NCBI GenBank assembly: GCA_013112535.1
Contig: JABFGI010000003.1
Span: forward strand, 18,895-82,894
Source of the DNA: Pseudomonadota bacterium
Lineage (GTDB): Bacteria; Pseudomonadota; Gammaproteobacteria; Eutrophobiales; Eutrophobiaceae
DNA: 64,000 nucleotides
Direction of reading: 5' to 3'
Below, in pieces: positions 31,858 through 40,047 of the stretch. The translations under genes and the position numbers were made by a program. How positions within the stretch are numbered: position 1 is the first letter of the stretch; each line of letters opens with the position of its first letter. The notes beneath the pieces were generated by a model that searched no databases, had not been told where the DNA came from, and was given only the letters and a program-made list of their open reading frames with translations.

Positions 31858-31893
31858 CTGTTGTCAAAAAATGACAACTTTGTCATTTTTTTA
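31858..31893. promoter_or_regulatory. three alternating TTGTCA/TGACAA (TGTC-core) half-sites, a candidate PilR upstream activating sequence
   Basis: ctgTTGTCAaaaaaTGACAActtTGTCAttttttt lies about 110-140 bp upstream of the sigma-54 -24 element. Published PilR sites are TGTC-containing repeats. Confidence 0.35.
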
Positions 31894-32079
31894 CTATAAA
31901 TCTTATTAACTTAATCTAATTCAAATTGATTAGAGCGCAATTGTGAATTTGATAACATAAGTATTTATTGAATTATATTGTCAGTCATACATGATAGATT
32001 TATTTCTTGAGTTGAAAAATGATTTTAATCAAGAGTTATGTCGAATATAAACCAACTGAATATTTAAATAACATTGTAA

Positions 32080-32787
32080 ATGCAATCAAAACGACACGAA
32101 TTAAAGTTCTATCTGAATGAGATTCAATCTGAAAGATCAATACATCAATTAAACTCGTTGATGGATGTCGATGCATACTGCAAAAATCAACAAAGTTATC
32201 GTGTTCGTAGTCTTTATTTTGATTCGTATGATGATGAGTGCCTGTACGAAAAACAGTCAGGAAACTTATTAAGAAAAAAAATTAGATTACGTACCTACGA
32301 TGGTGGTGGTAATGAACCTGTGAAATTTGAAATAAAACGAAAACAGGGGCAAATTGTAAAAAAAGACGTCGCTATAATTACCAAAGAAGAAGCTGAACAG
32401 GTATGTCTAGGTAATTTTTCAGTATTATTGAATAAAAATAATGCTGTCTTGAATGAAATTTACACTACTTTTGTTACTAAACTCTATAAACCTAAAGTGA
32501 TCGTTGAATATAATCGGACTGCTTTTGTATTACCTGTCTCGAATATAAGAGTGACGTTAGATCAGGATCTAAGTTCGAATATTAATCACCTTGATCTGTT
32601 TTCACCTGTAAATAGTATGATGCCGGTGATTCTTGAAGGTAAACAAATACTGGAAATAAAGTACGATGATTTTTTTCCCGGCTATTTAAAGAAAGTATTA
32701 TCATCACTTAGTTCGGAAAGAATGGCCATCAGCAAATACACGTTAGCCAGACGATTCCATAAAGTCCATAAATGGGAGGACAATTAA
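32080..32787 (+). CDS. VTC-domain protein (CYTH-like / polyphosphate-polymerase-domain family)
   Basis: 235 aa. HELKFYL...RVRSLYFDS...KKIRLRTY...KFEIKRK alternating basic/acidic beta-strand motifs are typical of the triphosphate-tunnel VTC/CYTH fold. Overlaps the next ORF by 16 nt. Confidence 0.7.
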   Translation: MQSKRHELKFYLNEIQSERSIHQLNSLMDVDAYCKNQQSYRVRSLYFDSYDDECLYEKQSGNLLRKKIRLRTYDGGGNEPVKFEIKRKQGQIVKKDVAIITKEEAEQVCLGNFSVLLNKNNAVLNEIYTTFVTKLYKPKVIVEYNRTAFVLPVSNIRVTLDQDLSSNINHLDLFSPVNSMMPVILEGKQILEIKYDDFFPGYLKKVLSSLSSERMAISKYTLARRFHKVHKWEDN

Positions 32788-33488
32788 TCATGGATCAAGT
32801 TACCTTTGCAGATGTACTGCAAAAAAGTTTCATTGCAATGTCAATGGGTAGTACAGACAGGATCACTACGTTAAATATTTTATTGAATATATCAATGTCG
32901 TTTTTGATTGGTATGTTTATATTTTATATTTATAAAAAAACCTATCAGGGTGTTTTATATCAACGCAGTTTTAATATTTCACTGGTCCTGGCAAGTACGG
33001 TGACATCCATGATTATTATGACTATCAGTGGCAACTTGATTCTTTCCCTGGGAATGGTTGGCGCATTGTCAATTGTTCGTTTCAGAACGCCCGTCAAGGA
33101 TAGCATGGATTTAATCTTCTTATTTTGGGCAATAAGTGTTGGTATAGCTAATGGCGTCGGCTATTTTAATATCTCTATTGTAGGTTCGATCATGATCGCA
33201 ATATTTATGTTGCTGTTGACTCGTTCCGGTAAAGGTGTAGCTGATACGTTTTTGTTGGTGCTTCAATTGTCTGATACATCAAAGGAAGAAAACATTCTTG
33301 GTGAAATTCAGAAACAAACCGACTTGTGTTCAATAAAATCAAAAACAGTTTCAGATACAGGGACAGAGATTACTTTAGAAGTAAAAGTAAAGCAGGGGCA
33401 AACTGAGTTCATGAACAGCCTGCAAGCAGATGCAGGTGTTGTTCGTGCTACTCTTGTTTCTTATGATCAGGATTTATCTTCAGTATAG
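32772..33488 (+). CDS. DUF4956-like polytopic membrane protein (VTC-associated)
   Basis: 238 aa with about four TM helices and an SIVRFRTPVKD motif. Transcriptionally coupled to the VTC gene. Confidence 0.55.
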   Translation: MGGQLIMDQVTFADVLQKSFIAMSMGSTDRITTLNILLNISMSFLIGMFIFYIYKKTYQGVLYQRSFNISLVLASTVTSMIIMTISGNLILSLGMVGALSIVRFRTPVKDSMDLIFLFWAISVGIANGVGYFNISIVGSIMIAIFMLLLTRSGKGVADTFLLVLQLSDTSKEENILGEIQKQTDLCSIKSKTVSDTGTEITLEVKVKQGQTEFMNSLQADAGVVRATLVSYDQDLSSV

Positions 33489-34488
33489 AAGTCTAATCTT
33501 GTTTTCTATAGTAAAGAAACTGTGCTTCTCTAGCGTCTTTATAACGACGAGCACAGTTGCTGTCGCCGTAACAAATGGTACGGGTACAGATTATTGTATA
33601 AATCAGGGCTTCAAAAATACATACTATTTACTGGATTATAAAGATATCACTGCAGCCTCTGTTTTTTTTCAAGAAATCTCCTTGAAAAATACAAGCATGG
33701 AATCACGACTAGTGATTAAAAAAGGAACAAGAGCTAGAGGTATTACATATTTCGACGATAATAATCTGACATTACTAACAGCAAAAAAAGAGTTAATTCA
33801 TGTAATAGATAATAATCTACCGGAATTTAGAGAGGATAAAGAACAAATCATTTTTTATGATCGAACCTTGCTAAATGAGAGTTCAAAAAGTTTTGTAGTA
33901 AAAAATTATAACAGGAAACTTACGCCTTTCGATAAACACCCTTTGTTTGGTCGAATAAAACGAAAAGAAAGGCCCGTGCTTATGGAATTGCTTTCAGGTA
34001 TAGGTATAAGCAAATTACAGTCGATTTCAGGAGTTATAAATATTAACTCCGATGAAGAGGTTAAATTAATTACGCATTTTGCAATACCGTATGGTGCTTT
34101 CACGTTTAGTATATTCAATCTGGATGATTTTGGAGTGCCGAATACTTCTTTTTTATTAAAGTTTGAAATGTTTTCTAACGAGGACAACTCTCTTACAGTG
34201 TTCGAAAAAGAAAGTCTTAACAAGCTTTTTTGTCAGGTTAATAAGCAGTTTCAAATTTCTTTCCCACATGCCGAATCATCTCCATGGTTTGGCTATGCTG
34301 AATATCATAAATTAGCATCAGAGATTTTACCAAGTCGTACATTATTCCGAAAATACCCATTGCTTTTTTCTGTTGGGCAGATTGTTTGTCTGAGCTTTAT
34401 CGGTTTTCTTTTTATTTATATTGTTTTAGGAAGATACTCAAGGCGAGACAATTTTCGTAAAGTTTCAAAATCTAAAGTTTATTTATGA
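33430..34488 (+). CDS. hypothetical protein with C-terminal TM anchor (start uncertain; alternative ATG near 33697)
   Basis: Long ORF with no recognisable domain. C-terminal hydrophobic helix (IVCLSFIGFLFIYIVLG). Its stop overlaps the CotH start (ATGA). Confidence 0.45.
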   Translation: MQVLFVLLLFLMIRIYLQYRSLILFSIVKKLCFSSVFITTSTVAVAVTNGTGTDYCINQGFKNTYYLLDYKDITAASVFFQEISLKNTSMESRLVIKKGTRARGITYFDDNNLTLLTAKKELIHVIDNNLPEFREDKEQIIFYDRTLLNESSKSFVVKNYNRKLTPFDKHPLFGRIKRKERPVLMELLSGIGISKLQSISGVININSDEEVKLITHFAIPYGAFTFSIFNLDDFGVPNTSFLLKFEMFSNEDNSLTVFEKESLNKLFCQVNKQFQISFPHAESSPWFGYAEYHKLASEILPSRTLFRKYPLLFSVGQIVCLSFIGFLFIYIVLGRYSRRDNFRKVSKSKVYL

Positions 34489-37196
34489 GAGTTTATCGTC
34501 CCCGTCATTGTCCCTTCTGGCCTGTGTTTTTAGCATTATTATTACTGGCTGCTTTAAGTAGTTTTATTTTTGGCGGCGTTACCGAAATGATGAAGTATGA
34601 AAAGGCAACGACAACAGCGATCAGGTTTAACTATACGCTTGATAGTTTCCATCATTTTATTAATGAATATATAACACGACAATATCAAAAACTTACAGTA
34701 AAACCCTTACCCGAACAGACCAACTTACCTTCATTTTATTTATATACAGATGAGCGAGATTTAGAGTCATTAGAATCAAACTTACCTGCAAGTGGTAAAG
34801 TCGAATTTAAAAAAAGTCACATAAGAATAGATAAACCAAGTTTTTCAAGTGAAGCGGAATTTCGCTTTCGAGGAGGAATGGATTTACATTGGTTATATGA
34901 AAAAAAATCATTAAGAATAAAGTTGCCACAATTTAGTACCTATTTGAATGAGCGCCAGTTTAATTTGGTCAACCCATCAACAATTCATACAGTTACTGAT
35001 TGGGTAACTTATGATATGTCGCGTTCGATAGGGCTATTGACGCCAGACTATTTTCCGGCACGTTTATTCATTAATAATGAAACAAACGGACTACACTTTT
35101 TTTTAAGTAAAGTAGATGAATCATTTTTGCGTAAGAACAATAGAATGCCTGGAAGTATTTATTCCGGAGATACTATCTATACGCCAAATCCTTTTGGTTT
35201 GGATGAGGGGATAGGTGAGAAAGTTTTTGCCCATAATGGGAGGCCCTCTTTATGGTTTGACGATAGATTATGGAAGAAAGATGCTTCAAGAAATATGGAA
35301 TCAACTGAAAGTCGTGAAGATATAAAGTTATTCATTAAGTCTGTAAACGAACCAGATCCATTGGTTTTTATGGAAAAATTTGATACTTACTTTGATAAAA
35401 AACAATTCTATCGCTTTTGGGCATTAGATAAATTAGTTGGTAGTAACCATCATGATTTGTTTCATAATCACCGTATTTATTTTGACCCTTATTTAGGTAA
35501 ATTTGAACCGATTGAGTGGGATGTTCGATTCTGGACAATTGCTAAATCACTTTCAGTCACTCCTTTTTTTAAACAAATTCTGTTAAACCCTGTATTGAGA
35601 TATGAGCATGATCTTGTACTTTATGATCTTTGGAGAAAATTTAATGTCGATAATGTTAATGACATGATTGATGGGGCAGATAATAGTATAAAAAATGAAT
35701 TAGCGGCGGATCCTTATCGACAACAGCCTGACGAATACCTTAAATTTGGTGGGTTTGGTAAAGCTTTGCCTTTTACTATGGATGAATATACGAATGCTAT
35801 TAAATCGTTGAAAAAAATTTATAGCTTTAGATATGGACTTATCGAGCAAAGGTTAAATTTTAATACTTCCTATTTTCAAATTGAAAAAATAACTGAGAAA
35901 GAGAGCAGGGTTTCTATTGCATTGTCCGGAAATAGCCCCATTGAATTTAATCCATGGACGATTATTCCAAAGCCTATCCATAAAGATGTTAAGTTATTTC
36001 GTGTCTATAATAATAAGTTGTATCCTGTATTAGATAAAGAGCAATCGGATCGATTGTATCCGGGAATATCAATAATGGAAGGTTATAGATCTTCTAATGT
36101 ATCAAATGGTATGGAAACAAGAGTAATGGAGTCATACAGACAATCGCCATTACATTATCAATATTTAATAAAAGGAGTAAACAGCTCCGACTTAATTGAA
36201 ACTAAAAAACTGACGGGGACAAATTCAATTACTTCAAATGTAGTCGCAATCGAAAATGTAGAACAATTACCTGATGATGTAAGTACAGTCTCTTTACATC
36301 CCTGGGAATTATTAACACAGGAAGAGATTTCAACGAGAGAGATCGTGTTGTCGGGCGAAATAGAAGTTAATCAGGATCGCTCTTTCACAAAAGAACAAAC
36401 AGTGAAGATATTACCCGGGACCGTGTTTAAACTGGCAAGAGCCAGTTCATTGTATTTTTATGGGAAAGTGATAGGAAAAGGAACAGAAACTTTACCGATT
36501 AAATTTGAACAAAAAGAACCAGGTCAGGCCTGGGGCAGTATCGTTATTCAGGGTAAAGAAGCTTCCGGTAGTATTTTGAGCTATATCAGCGTTAGTGGTG
36601 GATCTACAGCAAAACGTAACCTGATTGCCTATCCAGGCCAGTTGAATATTCACGATGTAAATTCTTTTCAACTAGATCATTGTTTTATTAGTAATAATTC
36701 TGTGGGCGATGATGCTTTGCATGTCGCCTACAGTAATGGCTCTATTGATTATTGTGAGTTCAATAATACAGCTTTTGATGCATTGGATATGGATATTGTT
36801 GATGTTTCAGTAACAAATTCTCATTTTTCAAATATTGGCAATGATGCAATTGATTTGATGAATTCAAAAGCAAATATTAGTTATGTTGATATTAATGGGA
36901 CGGGTGATAAATGTATTTCAGTGGGCGAGGCAAGTGAAGTAAACGTTGAACATAGTCAACTTAAAGCATGTTCGATTGGAATAGCAGTTAAAGATCAATC
37001 AAAATTACACGTTGATGATATTGTATTTTCAGTTGAACAAGGAAACGCTATAGCACTTTATCGTAAGAACTCACGTTACAGTAATGGAGGTGAAGTATAC
37101 GGAGAAAGGCTTTATGGAATTAATGAGCAGGATATAAACGTCGGTGATTATTCCGTAAATAATATTAAACAAAGTGCATATCACTCTTTTAAATAA
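34485..37196 (+). CDS. CotH-family atypical protein kinase with N-terminal signal anchor and C-terminal right-handed parallel beta-helix (PbH1) repeats
   Basis: 903 aa. CotH-like stretch (LRIKLPQ, NERQFNLVNP, HNHRIYFDPYLGKFEPIEWDVRFW). The C-terminus has 22-aa periodic repeats: NNSVGDDALHVAYSNGSI / NNTAFDALDMDIVDVSV / SNIGNDAIDLMNSKANI / NGTGDKCISVGEASEVNV. Confidence 0.75.
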   Translation: MRVYRPRHCPFWPVFLALLLLAALSSFIFGGVTEMMKYEKATTTAIRFNYTLDSFHHFINEYITRQYQKLTVKPLPEQTNLPSFYLYTDERDLESLESNLPASGKVEFKKSHIRIDKPSFSSEAEFRFRGGMDLHWLYEKKSLRIKLPQFSTYLNERQFNLVNPSTIHTVTDWVTYDMSRSIGLLTPDYFPARLFINNETNGLHFFLSKVDESFLRKNNRMPGSIYSGDTIYTPNPFGLDEGIGEKVFAHNGRPSLWFDDRLWKKDASRNMESTESREDIKLFIKSVNEPDPLVFMEKFDTYFDKKQFYRFWALDKLVGSNHHDLFHNHRIYFDPYLGKFEPIEWDVRFWTIAKSLSVTPFFKQILLNPVLRYEHDLVLYDLWRKFNVDNVNDMIDGADNSIKNELAADPYRQQPDEYLKFGGFGKALPFTMDEYTNAIKSLKKIYSFRYGLIEQRLNFNTSYFQIEKITEKESRVSIALSGNSPIEFNPWTIIPKPIHKDVKLFRVYNNKLYPVLDKEQSDRLYPGISIMEGYRSSNVSNGMETRVMESYRQSPLHYQYLIKGVNSSDLIETKKLTGTNSITSNVVAIENVEQLPDDVSTVSLHPWELLTQEEISTREIVLSGEIEVNQDRSFTKEQTVKILPGTVFKLARASSLYFYGKVIGKGTETLPIKFEQKEPGQAWGSIVIQGKEASGSILSYISVSGGSTAKRNLIAYPGQLNIHDVNSFQLDHCFISNNSVGDDALHVAYSNGSIDYCEFNNTAFDALDMDIVDVSVTNSHFSNIGNDAIDLMNSKANISYVDINGTGDKCISVGEASEVNVEHSQLKACSIGIAVKDQSKLHVDDIVFSVEQGNAIALYRKNSRYSNGGEVYGERLYGINEQDINVGDYSVNNIKQSAYHSFK

Positions 37197-37226
37197 ATAA
37201 AATAGTAATTATGAAAATAAGAGACA

Positions 37227-37691
37227 ATGTATAATTTCAAAGGTCTATGTATAAGTCATCTGGTATTAGCTTGTTCGGTAGCTATTTGTGCTGTGTTTGC
37301 AATATGGTTGAATTCGGATACAGAGGTCGAAGAGTATCGTGCTTTTATGCTTGTGTATGATAACTTTTTTTTTACAAATGAAAAAGAAGAAGCAAAAAAA
37401 TTTCGTCATAAAAAATTAGCAGAATTAAAAGGCAATAAAATTGACAATATGTGGTTGCCTATTGTCGAAGTAGAAGAAGATGGTCCATACAAGATTCAAT
37501 TATATATACGCATTTTGGCGGGTGACCCAGAAAAAGAGTTTACATATATACAATTAGCAGCCCTTATATATATAGTCTTTCCTGAAGAGTCTCAACGTCA
37601 GCAGAGAAATAAATTTTTTAAAGAAATACAGGAAATTGAAGGTATTCATTATCATTTATTAGAAAAATATAATTTGCTTGTAAGTCAATAA
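37227..37691 (+). CDS. hypothetical small protein with N-terminal signal/TM segment
   Basis: 154-aa ORF with no recognisable domains. Lies at the edge of the VTC/CotH block. Confidence 0.4.
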   Translation: MYNFKGLCISHLVLACSVAICAVFAIWLNSDTEVEEYRAFMLVYDNFFFTNEKEEAKKFRHKKLAELKGNKIDNMWLPIVEVEEDGPYKIQLYIRILAGDPEKEFTYIQLAALIYIVFPEESQRQQRNKFFKEIQEIEGIHYHLLEKYNLLVSQ

Positions 37692-37709
37692 AGCCTCTCA
37701 AACAAAGTT

Positions 37710-38483
37710 CTATGATGAAATCTTCTGTAAAATAGCCTTCATTAATTTCGGATTCGCAGAAACAATATTTCCACTTTTCATAAAATCAACACCACCGGAT
37801 ATTTCGCTATTAATTCCTCCCGCTTCCTGTACGATTAATACGCCGGCCGCAATATCCCACGGTTTTAAACCATATTCCCAAAAACCATCGAATCGTCCAC
37901 ATGCCACGTAAGCTAAATCAAGCGATGCGACACCTAATCTTCTGATACCGGAAATACTGGGAAATAAGGATTTAAAGCTTTTTATGAAGTTATCGACTTC
38001 CGGGTTTTCTCCAAAGGGAAAACCAGTGGCAAGTAATGCGCCTTCAAGTGTTTTCTGAGGGCTAACACGAATCTTTTTATTATTCAGTTGCGCACCTTTC
38101 CCTTTTGATGCGGTAAATAATTCCTGTTTAACAGGGTCATAAATAACTGCCTGATCAAGACGTCCTCTGTATTCCAGGGCGATAGAAACGGCAAAATGTG
38201 GAATGCCATGTAAAAAATTTGTTGTGCCATCAAGGGGATCAATAATCCAGACATAATCGCTATCACCAGATTTACCTGACTCTTCTGCTAAAAAAGCGTG
38301 ATCAGGATAAGCGTTCTTGATGGTTTCTATGATGATATGTTCAGCTTGTCTATCCACTTCAGTGACATAGTCATTTTTTCCTTTTATATCGACTGAAATA
38401 TCACTGACACGATCCATTTCACGTACAATGGAATCGCCGGCAGCTCTGGCTGCGCGGATAGCAATATTGAGCATAGGGTGCAT
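37710..38483 (-). CDS. suhB: inositol monophosphatase SuhB
   Basis: 257 aa. IMPase motifs (EESG, WIIDPLDGTTNF, DAAAG equivalent). Divergent from trmJ as in E. coli. Confidence 0.9.
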   Translation of the reverse strand: MHPMLNIAIRAARAAGDSIVREMDRVSDISVDIKGKNDYVTEVDRQAEHIIIETIKNAYPDHAFLAEESGKSGDSDYVWIIDPLDGTTNFLHGIPHFAVSIALEYRGRLDQAVIYDPVKQELFTASKGKGAQLNNKKIRVSPQKTLEGALLATGFPFGENPEVDNFIKSFKSLFPSISGIRRLGVASLDLAYVACGRFDGFWEYGLKPWDIAAGVLIVQEAGGINSEISGGVDFMKSGNIVSANPKLMKAILQKISS

Positions 38484-38517
38484 AGTGTTCTCCAGATAGT
38501 TAACAGGTTATTCTACG

Positions 38518-39276
38518 TTGTCAGTAGTCATGAGTGAAGTAATAACAAGAATGAAAAATATCTTTGAAAAAACGAGAATCGTGCTAATCGGGACAACACA
38601 CCCAGGCAATATCGGTGCGGCGGCACGAGCAATGAAAACAATGTCGCAGGAAAAGTTATATCTTGTTAGTCCAAAAACCTTTCCATCAGCAGAAGCGACT
38701 GCGAGAGCAACCGGCGCTGATGATATTCTGGCAAGTGCTACAGTTTGTGCCAGTTTAAAAGAAGCTATTTCTGATTGTGATCTGGTTATTGGTACAAGTG
38801 CACGAACAAGAAGTCTGCCGTGGCCGATGCAGACTCCTCGCGAATGCGCGGAAACCGTGTCTGATAATAAATATAGCTCAGTCGCATTGGTTTTTGGACG
38901 AGAAAATTCGGGTTTAAGTAATGAAGAACTGGAATTGTGTAATCTTGTAATGCAAATACCCACGAATGCAGAATACAGTTCGCTTAATTTAGCGTCCGCC
39001 GTGCAAATTATTTGCTATGAATTATATCTTTTAGCAGGTTGTGAAATAAAAAATGAAACAGATGAAGATAATTCAGCATTAGTAAGTCAGGATAAAATAG
39101 AAATGTTTTATCAACACCTGGAAAAGTGTTTAATCGATATTGATTTTTATGATATTGATAACCCGCGTTTATTAATGCATAGAATGCGACGTTTGTTTAA
39201 TCGCACGCAACTGGAAGAGAATGAATGCAATATACTGCGAGGTATATTATCCAAGGTTCAGGAAAAGATTAAGTAA
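38518..39276 (+). CDS. trmJ: tRNA (cytidine/uridine-2'-O)-methyltransferase TrmJ (SpoU family)
   Basis: SPOUT motifs (RIVLIGTTHPGNIGAAARAMKTM, ALVFGRENSGLSNEEL). True start may be the internal ATG about 33 nt downstream. Confidence 0.85.
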   Translation: MSVVMSEVITRMKNIFEKTRIVLIGTTHPGNIGAAARAMKTMSQEKLYLVSPKTFPSAEATARATGADDILASATVCASLKEAISDCDLVIGTSARTRSLPWPMQTPRECAETVSDNKYSSVALVFGRENSGLSNEELELCNLVMQIPTNAEYSSLNLASAVQIICYELYLLAGCEIKNETDEDNSALVSQDKIEMFYQHLEKCLIDIDFYDIDNPRLLMHRMRRLFNRTQLEENECNILRGILSKVQEKIK

Positions 39277-39314
39277 TGTTCATTACAAACAAAAAAAAAT
39301 ATTGAGTATTTGTT

Positions 39315-40046
39315 ATGGAAAATGAATTATTTGACGAGATGTATAAAGTCGAATCTCGGCACTGGTGGTTTGTTGCAAGACGAAAAATTATTGGAAATGT
39401 AATAGAACAATTAAGACTTGAAAAGAATTCGTCTATTCTCGATGCAGGTTGTGGTAACGGTGATAATCTTGAAATGTTATCTAGATACGGTGACGTGATG
39501 GCTATGGAAAGAGAGGAAAATGCTTTGCAGAAAGCGCAGGCAAGGAATATTGGTAACGTATTTAAAGGAGAACTGCCAAGTCATATTCACGCAGATATTC
39601 AGAAAGATAAAGACTTAATAGTCTTACTGGACGTTTTAGAGCACATTGATGATGATGCCGGTAGTTTGGAAGCACTAGGGAATTATATGAACGATAACGG
39701 TAGTCTTGTTCTTACTGTGCCGGCATATCAGTTTTTATGGACTAGCCATGATGAACAGCATCATCATAAAAGAAGATATACGGTGACTCAGTTAAAAACA
39801 CTCATTGAAAATAATGGCTGGAATGTTAGTTATATTTCGTATTTTAATACCTTATTGTTTCCATTAGCACTAATAGACAGAATAAAACAAAAGTGGTTTT
39901 CGTCAGGTGAAAATGAGGGATTAAAAATGCCTTCCACATGTATAAATGCTATTTTTGAAAAAATATTCAGTTTTGAATCAAGGTTTATTGGTAAAATTGC
40001 ATTTCCTTTTGGTCTTTCAATAATTGCCGTTGCAAAGAAAACATAA
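39315..40046 (+). CDS. class I SAM-dependent methyltransferase
   Basis: Motif I ILDAGCGNGDN and motif post-I VLLDVLEHIDDD. 243 aa. Confidence 0.75.
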   Translation: MENELFDEMYKVESRHWWFVARRKIIGNVIEQLRLEKNSSILDAGCGNGDNLEMLSRYGDVMAMEREENALQKAQARNIGNVFKGELPSHIHADIQKDKDLIVLLDVLEHIDDDAGSLEALGNYMNDNGSLVLTVPAYQFLWTSHDEQHHHKRRYTVTQLKTLIENNGWNVSYISYFNTLLFPLALIDRIKQKWFSSGENEGLKMPSTCINAIFEKIFSFESRFIGKIAFPFGLSIIAVAKKT

Positions 40047-40047
40047 C

